Source of the DNA: Candidatus Nomurabacteria bacterium
Lineage (GTDB): Bacteria > Patescibacteriota > Minisyncoccia > Phycocordibacterales > UBA918
Direction of reading: 5' to 3'
NCBI GenBank assembly: GCA_020631995.1
Contig: JACKGJ010000002.1
Location: 154,773-218,772 of the forward strand
DNA length: 64,000 nucleotides
Below, in pieces: positions 18,479-26,109 of this stretch. The notes under the pieces are model-generated. The model ran no database searches. It saw only the letters and a list, made by a program, of their open reading frames with translations, and was not told the origin of the DNA. How positions within the stretch are numbered: position 1 is the first letter of the stretch; each line of letters starts with the position of its first letter. Made by a program: the position numbers and the translations under genes.

Positions 18479-19375
18479 TTATAGTTTTTTCGAAACGAGC
18501 ATAGTTACGGCTTTGGTGACTATCGGCAATATATCCTCATAAAAGTTTAAGTCAAGTATTTCCGCCACCTTGAACCATTTAGCATCATCTAATCCCCCCT
18601 TCTTCTCCATTGAAAGCTCTACATATGGAGCCTCGGCCAGGAAGTAGGTTACTTGCTTGCGGTGCTTCCCAATATCAGGCTTATTAGCCACATACTCGTT
18701 GTTACCGAGCTCTTTTTCAATTTTGATATCAAGCCCGACTTCCTCACGGAGTGCACGGGTTGCGCCTTCTTCGGGGGTCTCGGTCTCTGCTACCTTGCTT
18801 TTAGAAAGTGTCCAGTGGCCGAATATATCGTGCACAAGTGCTAAGTACATTTCGCCATTATGAACAGCGTATACCACTGCTCCAGCTAGCCTGATTACTG
18901 GCATCTGGTCAAAGGGTAAATCTTTCTTTTTTTTAGTTATCTCGTCCTTCCCAGGTTCACCGATTTCCTTATAAACAGCACCCAAAACACCGTTTACAAA
19001 CCGTCCAGAGTTTTCTCCGCCGAATTGTTTAGCTAGTTCAATAGCCTCATTAATAGCTACCTTTGCCGGCACCTCTTTACGGTCTGAAAAAAGTAGTTCG
19101 TAAAGTCCTAGTCGTAGTATGTTTCTGTCTATTGGAGAGATACGGTCAAGTGGCCATTCAGGCGCAGCTTTTTCAATAACAAGATCTAACTCCTTTTGTT
19201 TTTGGAGTACACCATCTAATACCCTTTCCATAAAAGGTAGGTCGCTCTTATTGCGGGCGAACTCATCAACATTGCGTTTTAGTATCTCTACTAACTCATC
19301 TTTTACAATGTTATTTTGGTCCCACTCAAAAAGAGTTTGTAGAATAATTGATCTTGAAAGGTGCCTGTTTGCCAT
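18479..19375 (-). CDS. nusB: NusB antitermination factor fused to a C-terminal Nudix hydrolase domain
   Basis: Residues 1-140 are NusB-like (RILRLGLYELLF, AINEAIELAKQFG, FVNGVLG). Residues from about 160 to 298 carry a Nudix-box-like segment, SKVAETETPEEGATRALREEVGL. Confidence 0.8.
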   Translation of the reverse strand: MANRHLSRSIILQTLFEWDQNNIVKDELVEILKRNVDEFARNKSDLPFMERVLDGVLQKQKELDLVIEKAAPEWPLDRISPIDRNILRLGLYELLFSDRKEVPAKVAINEAIELAKQFGGENSGRFVNGVLGAVYKEIGEPGKDEITKKKKDLPFDQMPVIRLAGAVVYAVHNGEMYLALVHDIFGHWTLSKSKVAETETPEEGATRALREEVGLDIKIEKELGNNEYVANKPDIGKHRKQVTYFLAEAPYVELSMEKKGGLDDAKWFKVAEILDLNFYEDILPIVTKAVTMLVSKKL

Positions 19376-19468
19376 TGTTGTGCTTCTTAACCGAAACTGA
19401 ATTTATCATAGCATAGCTGTATAAACAAAAACCCCCTTGCTGGGAGTTTCTGTGAATATTGAAATACC

Positions 19469-19756
19469 CTATTTCTGTTCAGTCTTTTCTTCCGCCTCTG
19501 CAACTGGAGATTCATCTCCAACTGCTGAACCCTTGATAGCTTCCTTCTTAGCGTTCATACGAGCCTCACGAGCTGTCTTCTTGGCCTCTAGGTCAATGAC
19601 CTGACGGCCGTTGTAGTAACCACAAGAAAGACACATATGGTGTGGGCGGTAGTTAGCTCCACAGTTCTTACAAACACCTAAAGTAGGCGCTTTAAGCGCG
19701 TGGTGGCTACGTCGGTTAGCGGTGTGTGACCGCGTATGTCTCATTCGGATTACCAT
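19469..19756 (-). CDS. rpmF: 50S ribosomal protein L32 with C-terminal extension
   Basis: RHTRSHTANRRSHHAL plus a CxxC...CxxC zinc ribbon (CKNCG...CLSCG). A Lys/Glu-rich tail follows. Confidence 0.9.
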   Translation of the reverse strand: MVIRMRHTRSHTANRRSHHALKAPTLGVCKNCGANYRPHHMCLSCGYYNGRQVIDLEAKKTAREARMNAKKEAIKGSAVGDESPVAEAEEKTEQK

Positions 19757-19766
19757 AGTGGTGGAT

Positions 19767-19794
19767 ACTATAGCAGATATCAGGTCTTTGTCAA
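19767..19794 (-). promoter_or_regulatory. near-consensus sigma-70 promoter for rpmF (almost leaderless)
   Basis: The minus strand reads TTGACA, 16 nt, TATAGT, with the ATG 10 nt after the -10 element. Confidence 0.55.
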
Positions 19795-19870
19795 AGCCAA
19801 TTAACGGAGTATATAGGTATATAAAGAGCCGGCACGTAATGCGCGCCGGCCCGAAATGTGGACACTTCCT

Positions 19871-20044
19871 TCAGTGCGGTTCTTGTCCGCCGTGAAGCAA
19901 CATGAAAAATGCAATCATACTTGCCTCGAACAGTGACACAAGAGTCAAGGTGGAGGGTCCAGGTCTTTTGTTTGTTTCAGGATGGAATACTGTACTTGGT
20001 TCCTTCCTGACTCCAATTTTGTTTTGCTCTGGGAAATCACCCAT
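19871..20044 (-). CDS. hypothetical 57-aa protein with C-terminal hydrophobic segment, translationally coupled to the upstream ORF
   Basis: ATG at 20044 overlaps the upstream stop (TAATG). AGGAGG lies 8 nt upstream. Sequence is MGDFPEQNKIGVRKEPSTVFHPETNKRPGPSTLTLVSLFEASMIAFFMLLHGGQEPH. A hairpin follows at about 19822..19850. Confidence 0.5.
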   Translation of the reverse strand: MGDFPEQNKIGVRKEPSTVFHPETNKRPGPSTLTLVSLFEASMIAFFMLLHGGQEPH

Positions 20045-20271
20045 TACGCAGCCCTCCTCGAGACTTGCAACATACAACCCGCCTCATAAGTGTCGCATTC
20101 CCCTTCTTCAGGAGCGACTACCCTTTTGCCGGGTTTAAGGTTGCAGAGTGCCATAAGACAATCTGCGCTGTCCCAACCACCTCCACGGTAATGTTGGCAA
20201 CCGGCAGTGCAAGCCTTAGGCGGACGGATATGATTGGCCGTCTCGATAGTCTTCGTTATGTCTAAATGCAT
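20044..20271 (-). CDS. hypothetical 75-aa cysteine-rich protein
   Basis: GAGGGA lies 5 nt upstream of the ATG at 20271. It has six Cys (CTAGCQHYRGGGWDSADCLMALC...ECDTYEAGC). I recognise no family. Confidence 0.5.
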   Translation of the reverse strand: MHLDITKTIETANHIRPPKACTAGCQHYRGGGWDSADCLMALCNLKPGKRVVAPEEGECDTYEAGCMLQVSRRAA

Positions 20272-20347
20272 TTTAGTCCCTCATTCTCATAAACGAACAC
20301 CCGCATTTTGTTTTTGCGGTGAGTAACCCCGTGTTACTCCCGTTAAT

Positions 20348-20375
20348 ATAATAACACAGTATTCTACTTTAGCAA
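20348..20375 (-). promoter_or_regulatory. candidate promoter of the two-gene cassette (overlaps rnhB 3' end)
   Basis: The minus strand reads TTGCTA, 16 nt, TATTAT, with an extended -10 TG. An approximately 70-nt hairpin-containing leader follows. Confidence 0.4.
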
Positions 20376-20960
20376 ATTTGTGCAAAAAGTTTTGCGGTGG
20401 ATATTTGAGAGGCCATACTGCCGAATACTTTCACAATGCTTCTTTGTTCCGTAGCCTTTATGGGAGGCTAAATCATAGGGTAATAGTTCCGGATTTTGTG
20501 CAATTTTGGTCATAAAGCGGTCGCGAGTCACTTTGGCTAAGATAGATGCTAGACCGATTGCTGGTTCGGTCGCGTCGCCTTTTATGATGGTTTGCTGGTT
20601 TATGAACTCGGAAGGTGCCCGAAGTGAGCCGTCTAATAACACTTGGCAATATCTAGGGTCTAATTGTAGTTTTTCTAGTCCTCGTTTCATTGCTCGCTTG
20701 ATAGCAAAAACAATACCCTTATCATCAATTATAAGGTGACTCGATGAAACTACTTGAAAATTCAACTCCCCCTCTTCTCGTAAATGTGTGGCTTGTTTAA
20801 AAATCAGCTCCCTCTTGGCTGGACTAGTTTGCTTTGAGTCCCCCACTCCTGGCAACAGGCTCCAATCAAAATCAATCGGTACAGAAACCACTCCCACTGT
20901 TACAGGGCCGGCGAGAGGGCCCCTACCTGCTTCATCTATACCGATTAAATACTTTGTCAT
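20364..20960 (-). CDS. rnhB: ribonuclease HII
   Basis: IGIDEAGRGPLAGPV is the RNase HII N-terminal motif. The track start is a GTG at 21011. I prefer the ATG at 20960 (MTKYLIGIDEAGRG). Confidence 0.88.
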   Translation of the reverse strand: MTKYLIGIDEAGRGPLAGPVTVGVVSVPIDFDWSLLPGVGDSKQTSPAKRELIFKQATHLREEGELNFQVVSSSHLIIDDKGIVFAIKRAMKRGLEKLQLDPRYCQVLLDGSLRAPSEFINQQTIIKGDATEPAIGLASILAKVTRDRFMTKIAQNPELLPYDLASHKGYGTKKHCESIRQYGLSNIHRKTFCTNLLK

Positions 20961-21046
20961 CTCTATATACTGGAGTTTAGTTTTGAAATAAGGCCAAATA
21001 GCCTTATCCACACGTCATTTCATAATTTGCTACAATAGTAACACTT

Positions 21047-24000
21047 ATGAGCGCTAAACCGTTGACGTCCGAATTCATCCACCTCCATGTCCATACGCAT
21101 TATTCTCTCCTTAATGCATTACCTACCCCTAAGGAATTAGCAGGGGCCGCCAAAGCTGATGGTCAGGAAGCATTAGCAATCACTGACAATGGTGTTCTCT
21201 ACGGAGCAATTGATTTCATAAAAGCTTGCCAGAAGGAAGGCATTAAACCGATTATTGGATTAGATGCCTTCCTGTCTCCTCGCACACGTTTTGACAAAGA
21301 CGCGGGTATTGATAAGCCACGTAGCAGACTGGTTTTGTTGGCAGAGAACAATGTAGGTTATCAGAACTTGATAGAGTTAGTTACTCGCTCATTTATTGAT
21401 GGCTTCTACTACAAGCCAAGACTCGACCAAGAGCTACTTGAGAAGCATCATGAAGGCTTGGTAGCAGTTATTCCTTCTTTTGCAGGCGAAGTGGCTCAGG
21501 CTTTAAAAAATGGTGACGAAGAACGGGCCGGTGAGCGACTAGATTGGTATAAACAACTTTTTCCACACTGTTATTTAGAAATTACCAACCATCCAGAGAT
21601 CCTTGATCATAATGAGAACCAAGAAAGAATAAAAACACTAGCTCAAAGTACTTCTGTGCCACTTTTGGCCGCGCACGATGTCTATTATCTAAAGCCAGAG
21701 GATAGAGTTGCTCGTGAGACGATGATGAAGATTCAAAATGGTGGTGTAGTCGACTTAAGTGGTGACTTGGGAGATGTAGATGACTTTTCATTCTTGTCTC
21801 AGGCAGAGATAAAGAAGCGTTTTGTTGATGTGCCCGAAGCTGTCAGTAATACAGTTAAAGTAGCTGAGCGGTGTAATGTTGAAATCCCGATCGGTACTAC
21901 TTGGTACTTCCCTGACTACTTAATCGAAAGTGGTAAGGAACCTGACGATGAGCTCAGAGAATTGGCATATAAGGGTATACCTTGGCGGGGGTTATCACTT
22001 GATGATAAGGAGGTAACTACTCGTCTTGATTATGAGCTCGACGTTATTAAGATGAAAGGATATGCCAAGTATTTCTTGGTGGTGGGTGACCTGCTTCGTG
22101 AGGCACGCGAGAGAGGGATCCTCACTACTATTCGAGGTTCGGTGGCAGGAAGTTTAACTACCTATGTACTTGGTATTACAAACGTAGACCCACTTGAATA
22201 CAAGCTCCCTTTTGAGCGTTTCCTTAACCCTGAACGTCCATCTGCACCTGATATCGATATGGACTTTGCCGATAATCGACGTGACGAAATTATCGAATAC
22301 ACCAAACAAAAGTATGGTGAAGATAAGGTGGCGCAGATTGGTACCTTTGGAACCATGATGGCGAGAGCGGCAGTGCGTGACGTCGCTCGAGCACTTGGTC
22401 ACGCGTACTCCGTAGGTGATCGTATTGCCAAGCTTATCCCAATGGGTAGTCAGGGCTTCCCTATGACTATCAAGAAGGCTTTGGAAATTGAGCCGGACTT
22501 AGCAAAATTGTATAAGAGCGAATCTGAAGTAAAGGAAGTAATAGACCTCGCAAAGATGATTGAGGGCAGAGTACGTCACCTCGGTGTGCACGCAGCGGGA
22601 GTTGTAATTGCGCCGGAGCCTCTAAACCGCTTCGTGCCAGTACAACCCGACCCGAAGACTGGAAAAATGATTACCCAGTACGAGATGCGCTCCGTTGGTG
22701 AGGATGGAGTGGGGCTTTTGAAATTCGACTTCCTCGGTATTAAAAACTTGGCAATTTTGGCTGACGCGGTAAAGCGCGTGCAGAAAATTCGAGGCATTGA
22801 AGTTGATATTGAGAACATCCCACTGGACGACAAAAAAACTTTCGAAATGCTGGCTCGTGGTGAGACGATGGGACTCTTCCAGCTAAACGGTTCGGGAATG
22901 ACAGCTTTTTTGAAGCAACTACGCCCAACTACCATTCACGATATTAATGCGATGGTGGCGCTTTATCGTCCGGGCCCGATGGAATCTATTCCTCAGTACA
23001 TTGAGAGAAAGCACAATTCTGCGCTAGTGAGCTTTATGGACCCACGGCTCGAGACCATTCTTGACCGTTCATACGGAGTTATTACCTATCAGGACGATGT
23101 GATGATGACAGCTATTACTCTGGCTGGCTATTCCTGGCTTGAAGCAGATATGCTTCGTAAAGCAATGGGAAAGAAGATTCCAGAGGTGATGGAGGCTGAG
23201 AAGGAAAAGCTTCTTAAAGGTTTCGTAGAGTATGGAAAGCTATCTGCCCAGAAGGCCGAACAGCTATGGAAGTTAATCGAACCATTCGCAGCCTACGGGT
23301 TCAACAAGGCCCACGCTGCTAGTTATGGTCGAGTTGCCTACCAGACTGCTTATATGAAGGCTAACTACCCTGTTGAATATATGTCTGCAGTCCTCACTGC
23401 TGACTCTGGAGACACCGATAAAATTTACGAAATTATTCACGAATGTGAACGAATGAACTTAGAGGTGTTACCACCAGATATTAACGAAAGTTTTGCAGAC
23501 TTCTCTGTGGTTCCAAATACGCAAAAGATTCGCTTTGGTCTCACGACTATTAAAAATTTCGGTGAAGGTATTGCTGACGCAATTATCGAAGAGAGGAAAC
23601 AAAATGGACCCTTCGCATCATTGTCTGATTTTTTAACTCGTGTTCATAGTCGCGGTTTAAATAGAAAATCTCTAGAAGCCTTGATACAGACTGGTGCATT
23701 TGATAGATTCGAAGACAGAGCTTTACTGTGCGGTAACATTGATAGACTCTTATCTTTTAACAAAGAGTCGGCTGCGGCTGCGGAGTCATCACAAGAATCT
23801 CTTTTTGGAAGTGTGACCGGACATTCAGAGAATTTGACACTAGACGAATCTCCAGAGATAACTACGACGCAAAAACTGGCTTGGGAAAAAGATTTACTCG
23901 GTGTCTATGTGTCTGGACATCCACTTGATGTTTATACAGAAGAGCTTAATAAGCGTTCGAGTATTACCGACCTTAAGACTGATGGAAGAAATGGAATACC

Positions 24001-24268
24001 GGTTGTTACCGCCGGAATGGTAGCGAATGTGAGAGAACTCCTAACTAAGAAGGGTGACAGGATGGCTTTTATAATATTGGCTAACCATACTGACCAGATA
24101 GAAGTAACAGCCTTTCCTGAGACTTATCGTGCTCTCTCTGAAGTGCTGAAACCTTCAAGTTGCATTGCTGTTAAAGGCCGGTTACAGATTAGGAGTGGTG
24201 AGCCGACAATAATGCTCGAGAATGCTAAATTACTAGCACCAGTACAGAATACTTTAGTTGAAGGTTGA
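21047..24268 (+). CDS. dnaE: DNA polymerase III alpha subunit (DnaE)
   Basis: 1073 aa. N-terminal PHP domain (HLHVHTHYSLL), polymerase core (PDIDMDF, FNKAHAASYG) and an OB-fold C-terminus. Ends in TGA. Confidence 0.95.
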   Translation: MSAKPLTSEFIHLHVHTHYSLLNALPTPKELAGAAKADGQEALAITDNGVLYGAIDFIKACQKEGIKPIIGLDAFLSPRTRFDKDAGIDKPRSRLVLLAENNVGYQNLIELVTRSFIDGFYYKPRLDQELLEKHHEGLVAVIPSFAGEVAQALKNGDEERAGERLDWYKQLFPHCYLEITNHPEILDHNENQERIKTLAQSTSVPLLAAHDVYYLKPEDRVARETMMKIQNGGVVDLSGDLGDVDDFSFLSQAEIKKRFVDVPEAVSNTVKVAERCNVEIPIGTTWYFPDYLIESGKEPDDELRELAYKGIPWRGLSLDDKEVTTRLDYELDVIKMKGYAKYFLVVGDLLREARERGILTTIRGSVAGSLTTYVLGITNVDPLEYKLPFERFLNPERPSAPDIDMDFADNRRDEIIEYTKQKYGEDKVAQIGTFGTMMARAAVRDVARALGHAYSVGDRIAKLIPMGSQGFPMTIKKALEIEPDLAKLYKSESEVKEVIDLAKMIEGRVRHLGVHAAGVVIAPEPLNRFVPVQPDPKTGKMITQYEMRSVGEDGVGLLKFDFLGIKNLAILADAVKRVQKIRGIEVDIENIPLDDKKTFEMLARGETMGLFQLNGSGMTAFLKQLRPTTIHDINAMVALYRPGPMESIPQYIERKHNSALVSFMDPRLETILDRSYGVITYQDDVMMTAITLAGYSWLEADMLRKAMGKKIPEVMEAEKEKLLKGFVEYGKLSAQKAEQLWKLIEPFAAYGFNKAHAASYGRVAYQTAYMKANYPVEYMSAVLTADSGDTDKIYEIIHECERMNLEVLPPDINESFADFSVVPNTQKIRFGLTTIKNFGEGIADAIIEERKQNGPFASLSDFLTRVHSRGLNRKSLEALIQTGAFDRFEDRALLCGNIDRLLSFNKESAAAAESSQESLFGSVTGHSENLTLDESPEITTTQKLAWEKDLLGVYVSGHPLDVYTEELNKRSSITDLKTDGRNGIPVVTAGMVANVRELLTKKGDRMAFIILANHTDQIEVTAFPETYRALSEVLKPSSCIAVKGRLQIRSGEPTIMLENAKLLAPVQNTLVEG

Positions 24269-24275
24269 TTGGGGG

Positions 24276-24303
24276 TTGACGTAATAATGCCAAGAGTTAT
24301 TAT
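24276..24303 (+). promoter_or_regulatory. sigma-70-type promoter of the thrS leader
   Basis: TTGACG (24276..24281), 16 nt, TATTAT (24298..24303). Confidence 0.6.
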
Positions 24304-24309
24304 CTAGGT

Positions 24310-24477
24310 ACAGAGATTGCTCCGGCTACCAATCGGAGGCATTGTGCGCCACAGGCCTAATCTGTCTAATTAAGCGCCCTAACACAAGTATTACTTGTAT
24401 GGGAAGCTCGGTGGAACCGCGGTTAAGACCGCCCGAGCAAAAATTCAATGATTGAATTTTTGCTCGGGCGTTTTTTG
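24310..24477 (+). promoter_or_regulatory. T-box riboswitch leader (threonine-specific, compact stem I) with terminator
   Basis: T-box-like sequence GCTCGGTGGAACCGCGG. Antiterminator GCTCGG-UGGAA-..GCGG-UUAAGA-CCGC-CCGAGC, whose 3' arm is shared with the terminator GCCCGAGCAAAAATTCAATGATTGAATTTTTGCTCGGGC+TTTTTT (24431..24477). The candidate specifier is ACC followed by A, in GGCTACCAATCGG. Confidence 0.7.
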
Positions 24478-24480
24478 TAA

Positions 24481-24694
24481 GAACCCATCTCGAATAGAAT
24501 GGCTAGAAATAACGTTCAAAATTCGAGCGAAAAACAAGGTGGACTTCGAAGTGAACTAATGTTCATTGAGAAGGAACCGAAGTTTTGTAGCCGAATTTTG
24601 GATGTTAGCTTCAGCCAAGCTAGTCGTTTTTAGATGGGTGTATTACATCCATCTAAAAACGACTCCAGTTGGCGGTTCTATTTGAGATGGGTTC
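24481..24694 (+). repeat. 214-bp element bounded by 19-nt terminal inverted repeats, inserted between the T-box terminator and thrS
   Basis: Left end GAACCCATCTCGAATAGAA pairs with right end TTCTATTTGAGATGGGTTC. The only difference is a G:U pair on the plus strand. Internally there is a perfect 16-bp hairpin (AGTCGTTTTTAGATGG...CCATCTAAAAACGACT) and two GCTAG boxes. Confidence 0.7.
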
Positions 24695-24714
24695 TATTAA
24701 TTAATTTATAAATT

Positions 24715-25941
24715 ATGGAAGAAAGAGATCATAAGAAGATAGGACCAGAGCTAGGTCTTTTCTATATTGACCCAGTGGTTGGGAAAGGTTTGCCTATGTT
24801 TCTCCCGAAGGGGGCAATCATAAAGCGTGAGCTTGAGAACTTCGTTGTGGAAGAAGAAACTCGACGTGGTTACCAGCACGTAGATACTCCCGACTTGGCT
24901 AACTTAGCTCTATACAAAAAGTCTGGGCACTATCCTCACTATAAAGACTCAATGTATGCTCCAATTAACATTGACGATGATGAGTATATGCTCCGTCCGA
25001 TGACCTGTCCGCATCACTTCCAGATGTTCCTTCACAAACCACGAAGTTATAAGGAGCTACCGATGAGAATAGCAGAATTGGCACAGCTATATCGATATGA
25101 ACAGTCAGGAGAGATTATGGGCTTGCAGCGTGTTCGCTCATTCTGTTTAGCTGATGCACATATCATTTGCGCGTCAGAAGAGCAGGCTGCTGAGGAAGCT
25201 GGAAAAGCATTAGAGCTGATTGAGTATATGTCCTCAGTCCTTGGCCTTAAGTTTGGTGAGGATTACCGCTATCGCCTATCGCTCGGTGACCGAGATAATA
25301 CTGAAAAGTATTATGACAATCCTGAAGCCTGGGAGAAGGGAGAAGAACTACTACGTGAGGTAATGAAGAAGCGTGGTAACGAATTTGAGGAAGCAAAAGA
25401 CGAAGCAGCCTTTTATGGACCCAAAATAGATGTGCAAATGAAGAACGTTAATGGCAAAGAAGATACTGCCTTTACCGTACAGTACGACTTCTGTATGCCA
25501 GATAAGTTTGACCTCAAGTACATAGGTCAAGACGGCAAGGAGCACAGAGCTTTTGTGGTGCACCGCTCCTCAGTCGGGGCTATAGAACGTGTAATGGCCT
25601 TCTTGATAGAAAAGTATGCTGGTGCCTTCCCTCTCTGGCTTTCTCCAGAGCAAATAGCTGTCATTCCAGTTTCTGAAAAACACTTTGACTATGCTAGAGA
25701 AGTGCATGAAAAACTAAAGTTGTCTGGAATACGCTCAGTGTTAGATGATGATAATGACTCACTTGGTAAAAAGATTCGTGGTGCTAAACAAGACAAGCTC
25801 CCATACTTTATAGTGGTTGGTGATAAGGAGGTGGAGTCAGGTCAATTGCCACTCGAGAACCGTAGTGGTGAAAAAGTTGAAATGACTATAGACGACATCG
25901 CTCTGAAATTATGTGGTGAGATTAAGTCCCGCTCTTTGTAG
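24715..25941 (+). CDS. thrS: threonyl-tRNA synthetase, catalytic core plus anticodon-binding domain only (no TGS or editing domains)
   Basis: 408 aa. It starts at MEERDHKKIGPELGLFY, equivalent to about residue 241 of E. coli ThrRS. Class II motifs are present (MRPMTCPHH, FRYEQSGE, RAFVVHRS). Confidence 0.9.
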   Translation: MEERDHKKIGPELGLFYIDPVVGKGLPMFLPKGAIIKRELENFVVEEETRRGYQHVDTPDLANLALYKKSGHYPHYKDSMYAPINIDDDEYMLRPMTCPHHFQMFLHKPRSYKELPMRIAELAQLYRYEQSGEIMGLQRVRSFCLADAHIICASEEQAAEEAGKALELIEYMSSVLGLKFGEDYRYRLSLGDRDNTEKYYDNPEAWEKGEELLREVMKKRGNEFEEAKDEAAFYGPKIDVQMKNVNGKEDTAFTVQYDFCMPDKFDLKYIGQDGKEHRAFVVHRSSVGAIERVMAFLIEKYAGAFPLWLSPEQIAVIPVSEKHFDYAREVHEKLKLSGIRSVLDDDNDSLGKKIRGAKQDKLPYFIVVGDKEVESGQLPLENRSGEKVEMTIDDIALKLCGEIKSRSL

Positions 25942-25954
25942 GTGAATGTATCTG

Positions 25955-25996
25955 GGACACAAAAAAGCCGGGCATATGCCCGGCTTTTTTGTGTCC
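25955..25996. terminator. bidirectional intrinsic terminator
   Basis: GGACACAAAAAAGCCGGGCAT-ATGCCCGGCTTTTTTGTGTCC, a long palindrome flanked by A/T runs. It lies between thrS (+) and the convergent surface-protein gene (-). Confidence 0.8.
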
Positions 25997-26109
25997 TCCC
26001 TCTTATTTCAAGTAAGTTGGTTTCTCGCCTATCGGCAAGTTGGGAGGAGTGTCGTCAAAGTAATAAGTTATTTCAGGCGTTGGCGCTAGAAGCGGAGCGA
26101 TGTCTGCTG

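Noticed and set aside
20290-20340. Hairpin GAGTAAC-ACGGG-GTTACTC in the cassette leader, considered as a guanidine-II (mini-ykkC) riboswitch
   Set aside because: Only one ACGR-type loop is present. The second hairpin has an A-rich loop, and the closing base pairs do not fit my recollection of the mini-ykkC consensus.
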